Shown here: piece after piece, positions 24,624-34,400 of the stretch
How positions within the stretch are numbered: the first letter of the stretch is position 1
Layout: each line of letters begins with the position of its first letter
Notes under the pieces: generated by a model
Database searches by the model: none
Seen by the model: the letters and a program-made list of their open reading frames with translations, nothing else
Told to the model about the DNA's origin: nothing
Position numbers and translations under genes: made by a program
IMG/VR virus record: IMGVR_UViG_2864804954_000001
Span: 1-46,192 of that record
Direction: 5' to 3' (one strand)
DNA length: 46,192 nucleotides
Source: a virus
Taxonomy: Duplodnaviria > Heunggongvirae > Uroviricota > Caudoviricetes

Positions 24624-25331
24624 TTACACCACCGTCCATGTTGCGCCATCGTCAATGATTACTGTGAAGCTGTCTCCAATCTCAATTGGCCCTGCACTTA
24701 AGGCATTAACATCACCAGGAATAGTGACATTCTCTGTGATTGTCTTAGCGTTGAATGCAATCGCCTTGACCGCTTGGTTGCCAATGTACTGACCGCCTTT
24801 TGGCAATTCCAACTGAGTTAAAGGAACTTTTCCGTCTGCTCCTAGCGTCGCGACACCATTAACCGCTCCACGTTGAGCTAATGGAATCATCGTCTTTGCG
24901 TAGTCGTAAGTTTTCTTTACGGCGTTCGCTGTGGCAGCTTGAGCTGCTGACGTACTGGTCATTGTGTCATTCAGCTGAACAATGCCTGTAGCTGCGGTTG
25001 TAGCCGCTTGAATGGCAGTTGTGCTCGCTGAGGTGATACGACCTTTTGCGTCAATCGTAAATGTGCCAACCGCAACAGCCGTGCCGTAAGTCCCCGCTGT
25101 CGCACCTGAGTTTTTTAGGTAAGTTTCCTCAATTTGAGTTTGAGCATTTAGCGGTACGATGCCATTAGCCTTACCTTTGGATGTAGTGAGAGCGGATGCT
25201 ACCGACTCAGCACTGGAAATTCTTTGCTCTGCCTGTGTGAAGTTGCCATTCACTTTCGCGAAGGCGTTTCGGACGGTGTCCCCTTTGCCGTCGTTTGGCG
25301 CAGAGCCGAGAATCACATTATCAAAAGCCAT
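24624..25331 (-). CDS. Side tail-fibre shaft/attachment protein
   Basis: N-terminal GSAPNDGKGDTVRNAFAKVNGNF anchor; phage fibre repeat ATTAATGIVQLNDTMTSTSAAQAATANAVK; GVATLGADGKVP; C-terminal NALSAGPIEI...GATWTVV. Confidence 0.72.
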   Translation of the reverse strand: MAFDNVILGSAPNDGKGDTVRNAFAKVNGNFTQAEQRISSAESVASALTTSKGKANGIVPLNAQTQIEETYLKNSGATAGTYGTAVAVGTFTIDAKGRITSASTTAIQAATTAATGIVQLNDTMTSTSAAQAATANAVKKTYDYAKTMIPLAQRGAVNGVATLGADGKVPLTQLELPKGGQYIGNQAVKAIAFNAKTITENVTIPGDVNALSAGPIEIGDSFTVIIDDGATWTVV

Positions 25332-25401
25332 TTACAAAATCCTTTTCGTGTAATGGGGTGAATGTGAGGTGTTAAGTTTATTCCATTTGAAATAAAAAAG
25401 T

Positions 25402-25417
25402 AAGTCACGTATGACTT
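25402..25417. promoter_or_regulatory. Palindromic motif copy, extended (AAAAAGTAAGTCA-CGTA-TGACTTACTTTTT, 25395-25424)
   Basis: Longest and most perfect copy (13-bp arms), between the J stop and the fibre cassette. Confidence 0.82.
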
Positions 25418-25431
25418 ACTTTTTGAGTGGT

Positions 25432-28400
25432 TTAAAAGTCTTGATCGTCCCATACGCCAATTCGGACTCGCAGGACGTTGTTTTCGTCATACACTTTGAT
25501 TAAGTTGTCCGAAATCTCAGTGCGCGCTCCTGTTGTTGCCGTTCGCAGTGTACCAATTGTGGCGCTGACCGCACTAAGGGATGTGATGCTCGCCTTGTCG
25601 ATGTGAGCCATCTTAATTGATGCCTCTGCAATGTAAGCGGAGTCAATCCAAGTGCCAGGAGGGTATGTGATACCGTTGATTTCTCGCGGCTCAGTAGTGA
25701 CGATGAACGGTCGCTTCCCTGTGGCTGGAGAGCCGATGTAGAAGTTGTTCGCATTAACACCAAAGGTTGATACCACTTCCTGATTTTCGCCTCGTTCGGA
25801 AACAAGTTGGAAGTTGCTCAGTACGCCATTGTTGTCGATCGTCACTGTGTACTTGCCGTAGATGCCATTAACAGAAGCCATCACTGTGTCGATTCGCGTG
25901 GTCTGATCGCCCAGTGAGGTGCTTACGTGGTTGACCTGCTCACTTAGAGCTGACATGCCATCTTTCACCTCTGAGTTGATCACCTGACCCCACTCAGCGA
26001 GCGTTCCGTCCATTTCGGCTTTCATGTTGTCAACCGCTTTCGCGTTTGCCATGTCGCCTTCGACAATCATTGAGTGATACGTCCAACGCACCGCACCATT
26101 CGTTCCACCGTCAGCCGTGAGGTTGCTATCGTCTACCGTCTCACCCGCATCGAAGTAGGCAGACATTGACTCAACCTTTTCGGCTGTCGCGCCAGTGTTG
26201 GTAGTTAAAGTGTTTACCTTGCTCTGAACTTCGGCAACAGTGGTGCGCAGCTGAGGCGTCATGTCATCAAAATCAGTCGTGTCGTAAACTTCGATCGAAG
26301 CTAGATACCAGTTAAGCGGAGCGGCAGCTGTTGGTGTTGGGCCGTTCACATAAACATGACCAGTCGAGCTGAACGAACCAGTTTCACCACACTTAATCAG
26401 ACGGTAGTAAGTTTCATACTTACCTGTGCCATCTACATTGCCGATAAAACTGGTTGTTCCGCCTGTCCCTACTGAGTTAGAGGCAGGGACTAACGTATAC
26501 CCAACAGGTAGGCAAATGATGTACTTAATTAAAAATACAGCACTTGCACGCGCAGCAAGGTTTTGAAAAAACCCTCCAAGCCCTGGGTTTCCTGCGCCTG
26601 TGCTTGTGATTCGCATTTCAAAATCAGAGCTAGTTGGGTTTTTGGCTTGCTTTGCAACCCGAGCCACTGTCACATTTCCATTGTTGGCGTTGTTGTAGGC
26701 GCTAACGCCATTTGCTCCAGTTTTGAATGTCGGGTCGCCGTAAACTAACTTTCCGCTCGACATTGCACGCGCAAGAAGTTCGGCGTTTGAAATGTCGTTA
26801 GCCATCGTTGTCGTTTTGCTCGTTAGCGTGTTAATGCTTTGAGCTTGCGTTTCAACTTTGCCACTCAGAGTGTTAAGCGTGGAGTTGGTTGAGTTCAGTG
26901 ACGACTGTTCAGCCTTGGTTGAAATCGCTCTGTTGGCTACATTAAGTCCTGATTCAAGCTGACTTAACTTGGTGTTGGTATTGCTCGACAAGGTGGTTAC
27001 GGAATCCGCAACGTCTTTAATCTTTCCAGTTACAGTCGTGTTGTTGTTTGTCACCGTGGTAGTGAGCGTATCAACACGACTGGCAGTGGCAGCGTTATTC
27101 GTTACCGCAGTGTTTGCCGTAGTTTGAGCTGTAGCTGCGTTAGAGATGGCTGTGTTTGTTTTGGCATCTACTGCAGTTAGGTCAGACTGTAATTTGGCGA
27201 TGCTTGAGCCTTGAGCTACCACTACGCCATTAACGCGTGATACCTCGGTGTTGGTGGCGTTGATCGCTGTTGAGTTTGCATCAATGGCAGTCTGCTTTTC
27301 TGCAAGCGCAGTAAGCGTGTCTTCTGGTGCAGGACTCCATTCAGTCGGTACGCTGCCAATTTCCATTTTTAAACCGCACAGGTAAATTGTGCCAGTGGTT
27401 AATGGATTCTCAGGGCGCATGTGCAAAGCGACGGTATCCGACGTTACTGTCGCCGTTGCCGAGTAACGCTTCCACTCAGTGGTCAATTTGACTTGGTTGT
27501 TGGTTGAACCTGCCATAATTGCATAGCTAGTACCGTTACAGTAAACGCCTAGAGGTTGATTGGTAACGTCAGCTTTGGCATAGAAGCTCAGGGTAAGTTT
27601 GGTGCCAATTGGGAATGCGCCTACAGGGAAAATCTGTTTAGCGCCATTCCACTGACCTGTTGATTTACGCACCACCAAGCTTTTGTAGATTTGAGCGGTG
27701 TCGATTGACGTTGAGCCAATTGACCACTCTGTGCCTGCAAACTCTTTTGATTTCAAGTACAGGTTGGTGCTGCCAACTTGAAGCGCAGCACTGAACTCAC
27801 TTACTTTGCCTGCCGCAATCGTGGTTGCGCTCGCATCACTTTGGGTCTTGGTGTAGTAGTTGTTTAAAGCTGTAGCGTCAGCTTTTTTGGCTACATTCCC
27901 CTCAATGGTGGTAGCTCTGCCTTGCAATGTAGTAATCGCAGAAGCGTTGGAAGAAACCTTACCATCTACTTGAGTAACTTTGGTATCCAGGGCATTTAAA
28001 GCATTAGCACTTGCCTTGGTTGCAACGTCAGCTTCAACAGCATCAAGGCCAGCCTCTAACGTAGACACGCGACCTGCTACGGCACTGTTGGCAGTTACCG
28101 CTGAGTTTGCGGTGTCTTGGGCTGTCGCTGCGGCTGTCTTAGTGGTGTTTAGCAGTTCGTTTGTTTCGGTTAGATCCGCACGAAGCGTGGTGATGCTGTT
28201 GGCATTCGCTGTCACTCGACCGTCAATTGAAGTTACCTTCGAGTCCAAAGTAGTAAGCGCGGCTGTGCTTGCTTTGGTATTGATGGTGTCGTTCATGGTT
28301 TTAAGCGGCTGTTCCCACGCGCTCCAAACGGCAGCTGTTCCCGAGCCACTACTGCGGCGAACCATTTGTAACAATGGGTTAGATACGCCGATGGCGGTTT

Positions 28401-31400
28401 GTAAGATTGGGCCACCTGACGCGTCGCCGTAGTACACACGCGTTTCTAGGTTGACATACGCGCCTAAGCCAGTCACTCCAATTACCGATGCGGACTTAAA
28501 CTCATTCACAATGCGCTTGGCGTGATTGGTCCAATACCACGATGGCAATTCGTTGGTACTACGCGTGTCTTTTACTTCCACTGCGGAGAGCGCTTTGCCT
28601 GCATTGGTTGTGGTTGTTGCGAGATCGTTGGTCAGACTCGTAATCGACGTGCCTTGAGAGGTGTTTACCCCTTCTGCATTGGTTACGCGCGTAGTCAGAG
28701 CTGTAAGTGCCGCAGCATCTGCTTTCTTGCCAATGTTGGTGTTTGCGGTGTTTAGTCCAGATTCAAGGCTTGTAAAACGCGTGTTGGTATTGCCAGTCAG
28801 CGTAGTTACAGAGTCGGCCACATCCTTGATTTGTCCTTTAACCGCCGTGTCGTTGTTTTGGACGGTGGTGGTGATTGAGTCAATACGATTACCCAGTGCA
28901 GTATCAGCGTTAGACAATGCTGTTTGTGCGTTGGTTAGATCAGTATTAGTCTTAACAATCGCATCCGCATTGGTCTTGTCTGCTGCATCAAGATTTGCAA
29001 CTTTGGCTTCGTATGCAGCTTTTAGCGTGTTGGTGGCACTTGCCGCTGCATCTGCTTTGGTTACACCAGTGTTAGCAGTTGATTGTGCGGTTGCTGCGTT
29101 GTTTACAGCTGTGCCAGCTTTTGTATCTACCGCAGAAAGACTTGACTCCAAAGTGCTAATCTTGCTGCCCTGAGCAACCACTTCGCCATTTACACGATTG
29201 ACTTCCGTATTGGTTGCGTCGATTGCGGTCGAGTTGGCATCTAGCTTGGCTTGAGTGGCCTTGTCAGACTCCGCAAAGGATGAAGCTGTGGTTGCCTTTT
29301 CCATCATGAAGTTACGCCACTGAATCTCATCCCCCGCTGTCTTTCTGCCAACCAAGTTGAATACTAGGTTGATACCTGTAGCTGGTTGACCAGAGGTGTA
29401 AGTGCCTGGTGCAGTAGTCAGTTTTACCCAAGTGTCTTTCGGTAGAGTTTTTACATCTACGGTTGGCGCATACACATACGATGAACCTGAGAATCTGTAT
29501 GTGCCAAATTGAATCGTGTAATCACTTGTATCTGTAGACGGCACAAAGATTTCAATGCTTGCAATGGTCGGGTCGCCGATCTGTAAGCCTGACAAATCTA
29601 GGTTGTCATTAGTCAGGTAGTTGAATCGCTGAGTGTTGCCCGATTCAACAGCAGGGAATACGATGCGCCCTTCCGAGGTTTGGCTGCGAAGCACTACAGG
29701 GTTTGGACCGAAGTACAGGTTACTGCCACCAATAGTCAGTTTGGCATCGTACTTACTCACCTCGCCTGCAGCGATTGTGGTAGCGGAAGCGTCTGATTGT
29801 GCCTTGGTGTAATAGTTGTTGATTGCAGTTGCATCTAGCTTCTTAGCAACATTACCCTCAACGGCAGTCATTTTGCCTTCAAGTGTACTTGTGCGGCCTG
29901 CCACGGCTGCGGTGTTGCTTACAGCAGTATCCGCTGTGGTTTGGGCCTTTGCGGCAGCCGTCTTGACTACACCCACTTCTTTGTTGGTGTTACTAAGCTG
30001 AGATTCTAGTGAGCTGAATTTCGTATTGGTCGAACCTTCCAAAGTCGTTACAGACTTGGCAACGTCCTGGATTTGACCTTTGACTGCCGTATCGTTGTTG
30101 CTAACAGTGGTGGTCAAGGTGTCAATACGTTGACCTAGCGCGGTGTCTGCTGTAGTGCGCGCAGTCGTTTCCGCAGTGACTAGGGCTGTAACGTCAGCTT
30201 TGTCAGTTTTGGCTGTCGCAATAACCGCATCGACACGCTGCCCTAAAGCAGTATCCGCTGTTGTGCGTGCTGTCTGTTCAGTCGTGATTGCTGTTTGTAG
30301 GGTTGACTTATCTGTCGCTGCATTGGCAGTCACAGTGTCGATACGAGAACCCAAAGCTGTATCTGCATCAGAACGTGCTTTTTGCTCCGCAGTTACCGCT
30401 GCGTTGGTCTTGCCAAGTTCGGTATTTGTCGAAGTGGTCAGGGTATCAATGCGACTGGACAATGCAGTGTCCGCACTTGTACGTGCCGAAGTTTCGGCTG
30501 TTACCAATGCAGTGACATCAGTTTTGTCAGTTTTGGCTGTAGCCACTACAGTATCAATGCGAATACCTAGTGCCTTGTCTGCATCTGTTGATGTTTTTTC
30601 AACGCTAGACACTTTGGCATTGGTTTGAACAAGCGCTGCGTCGTTGGCTGTTTTGTAACTCTTGAAGCTTGAGTCCAGTTCAGTGATGCGTGAAGCATTC
30701 GCGCCTGTCGCTGTAACTGCTGTATTTGCGGTCTGTTGCGCTGTAGCTGCATTCGTTACCGCTGTACCTGCTTTACTGTCAGTTGCGCTTAAATCGCTTT
30801 GCAGCTTCGCAATTAAAGTGCCATGAGTGGTTACGACACCATTGATGCGGCTGACTTCCGTATTGGTCGCATTGAGTGCTACAGTTTTGGCAAGGGATTC
30901 ATCAGAAGCCACAGACCAGTCACGCAAGCTCACTGCGCCAAAAGCCATTGCAGAAGCAGGATCATTAGCGCCGCTAGCCTGACGGTTAACCAGGAAGCCC
31001 ACGCGAACATAAGCAGTCATCATCGGCAACTTGTCGGTTGCCGATAGTGGCGTACCGCTTAGATGCGAACCTGACACATCTCCGCTGTATGTCGTCCAGC
31101 CATCAGGAACCGTGCCGCCCTTCAAGCCAATGTACATATATGTACCACCTGAGCTGCCGTTAGATACTTCTGTGCCTGCTGAAATCTCAGCGCCAGCCCA
31201 CGGCGCTTTCAAGGTGATCACATTGCCATTGATGGAGCCTGCTGTGTACAGGTTGCCAAAGTAATTACGGCTGTATGTGTTTGGCGGCCATGTGTAACCA
31301 GTCTTGTCCGTGTAGTTCCAGAAGATCGCTGACAACAGGTGGGTTGACGTTGCAGGTGCAGTGTTGTTCCACTTGGACGCATCCTCTAGCGTCATTGTGG

Positions 31401-34400
31401 TGTCACCTTTCTTCAAAGGCTGAGCTAGGCGCGTTAGTGTGCCAGTCTGCGCCATGTAGTGCTGAGGTGAGATTTGGTTTTTGTCCACATCGCAAGGTAC
31501 AAACATGCCATAGGCACGCGCAACTACGCCAGGAGTCAACTGACGCAATGCGTAAGATAGACGGTAGATACGTGTTGGGTCTACTGCGATCAGTTCACTA
31601 CCGACGATATTGGTCTTTCCTGGCCCAAGAACGAAAGAGCCAGCCCCTGATGGTTTGTCAGTCGCAGTGAACTCGGCACCTTGCCAGAATTTGTTACTTT
31701 GCAACTGACCTAAGCCGTTACTCACCAAGTCTTGACCGCGCAAGTTGATATTGTCAATGCTTGCGGCCAGTTCTGTAATCTGGCCAGTTTTACTGGTCAG
31801 GTCACTGCCCTGTTGGGTAACTTTGGTTTCAAGCGCTGTAAGTGCAGTTGCGTCCGCTTTCTTGGCAACATTTGAATTGGTTGTGTTCAGGCTTGACTGT
31901 AGGCCAACTACCTTGCTTGCGGTTGCTGCGTCGTTGCTGATTGCCGTTTCTGCTTTCTCAAGAACGGCAGCTACAGCTGTATCATTTGATGTCTTGTAGG
32001 CATTCAATTGACCCACAACCGCAGTATCACCTGCTTGGCGATCCGTGATTTCTTTAGTGATGCCGTCGTTTAGGGTTTTAACTTTCGCTGCAACGTCTGT
32101 ATTGATCTCGTTGGCTTTGGCTGTAATTGCCGCATTGCGGTCAGTCACTTCCTTAGTGATTGCAGCCTGACGATCGGTAACTTCTTTGCTGATTGCTGTT
32201 GTGCGTGCGGTCACTTCCGCAGCGAGGGCATCGCCACGCGCTTTTGCTTCTGCTGCAATGGCAGCTGCGCGGTCTTTCACCTCTTTAACCACAGCATCAT
32301 TTACTGCTGTGCGCGCCGCGATCTCGGCTTGAATTGCGTTAGCGCGAGCTGTAGCTTCTGCAGCAATGGCATTTGCACGACTTGTTGCCTCTGTTTGAAG
32401 TGCTGTGGCGCGAGCTGAGCTTTCCACGGCGATAGCATTGGCACGAGCTGTAGCTTCGGCCGCAACTGCCTTGGCGATGTTGTCACTGGTAATATTCGCC
32501 TGAGAGTTAATTTGGCTACTAATCTCGTTTGAGCGCAATGTTGCTTCGTTTTCCATTGCTGTAGTGCGAGCAAGAACTTCGTCTTTAACTGCCTGATGCG
32601 CAACTTTGGCATCTGTTACCGCTTGCTTGGAAGTGTCAAAAGCATCCTGTAATTTTTCATTTACAGAATTTTCCAACTGACTTGGGCCAATCGAGTCCGA
32701 TAAAACATCAAGCACCTTGTCAGGGCTAACGTCAGGTGACGCAGAAACGACATTTGACCACTCACCAAAGTTACCGTACTTATCAGCAATGCGAGCCTTG
32801 AACCAGTGTTTAGACGCAACGTACAAGCCACCAATGGCATGATGTTGCAATGGGTCAGGGTAAGTGCCAAGAAGCGTAAATGTTTTGCCATCTAAGCTGC
32901 TGTGTACCTCAGTGTGAGAAACACCAACCGTCCCTGCCCCGTAAAGCCAATCAAGCTCAATGCCAAACTGTGCTGCTTTCGCCGTGAATGACGACAGCTT
33001 AGGCAAAGTTGAAGCTTGACCATCTAACAAAACCATGTCCGAGTAAGCTACACGTGACTTGCTTCCTGTAGAAGAAACAGCGACGACTTGAGCTTGATAT
33101 TCGCCTTGGTAGATGTTTTGAACATCTACGCTTAGACCCTTGACGGTTGGAAGTGTAAGCCAGTTACCTTCACCTTTGCGGTACTTCACTTCGTAAGACA
33201 CGGCGTTTGCCACTTGCTCCCACGAAATGCTCATATCGCGAACGGTGATACCTTGATCAATACGCGCTTCTTGAACGACCGTTACCGACGCTGTAGGTAC
33301 GATAACCGAAGGTGAGACCAAGCTTGTATTTGGCGTTTCAAGGATTAGATCACTTTCAATGTGACCGAACTTATTGATGTTGTGAGGGATAGCGGTGATA
33401 GAGAACTCACCTGCGTTTTCACCTTGTCCAACAGATACAATTCGGGCTGTTTGTGGTTCAAGCTCAGGCGAGCTAATAACCCACATTGCATTCGCAAGCG
33501 GCAACTTAGTTAATGGAGTTTCCCAATAAATAACTTGCTCGTCCGTGTCTACATTGACGCCAACAGATGCAATTAAGCGCTCAGTGAATTTTCCGTCAGG
33601 AAGACGCATTGAGATTGTTGTGTTCGCCTTAATGAGGGCGGCATCAATCGGAGCATCCAACACGGCAAAATCGGCAGCGACTTTTTTAAGACGACCACCA
33701 AGACGAGAGCCTGCACGATCAGCGTCCACAATTTGAATCACGTCACCCGGCAACACGAATGATGAGTCGATGCCTACATTGAATGAAATTGTCTTGGACT
33801 GATAACGCTCGGTGTATAAAAGCCATTTACCGATACGGTGAGCTTGACCGCGAGACGTACAGCCAAACGAAGTAATCTCAGCTTTACGAACACCAAAGCG
33901 CTCTACCAACTCTTGATCTTCTACATATTCAACGGACGTCTGATAGTTACGTGCAGGGTCATTCCATGTAACTAATACGACGGAGTGCATGTCTTTACGC
34001 GCTGCGCCTGCATAGTTGAACATGCCGTCAATGACGTTGGCAGCAGAATAGACCATCGACACTTCTGTTGGCATGTCCGCCATGTAACCAAGCAAGCCGC
34101 CAGTCCAGTAGGTCATACCGTTAAACGCAGATGAAATGTCACTAATCAATTGGTACGCGTCGGCACGACTGTTGATACAGGTGTTGATTGAGAAACGCGG
34201 CTCTCGACCACCAAAACCATCATCGACCATTTCGTCACAGTAGCGACCAATCACGTATAGACGCGCAGGATTGGCAAGTGATGGATCAATGAACGAACCT
34301 AAGCCGTAACGAGCGTTGGTGATAACGTCGTAAAGAATCCATGCAGGGTTATCAGTGACAGCAAGTTTGAACGTGCCGTCCCATACGCCTGTGTAAACGC

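Noticed and set aside
27980-33736. Many 60-170-aa plus-strand ORFs inside gpJ (similar ones occur inside the tape measure gene)
   Set aside because: Antisense shadows of repetitive Ala/Thr-rich coding sequence; no RBS or motifs.
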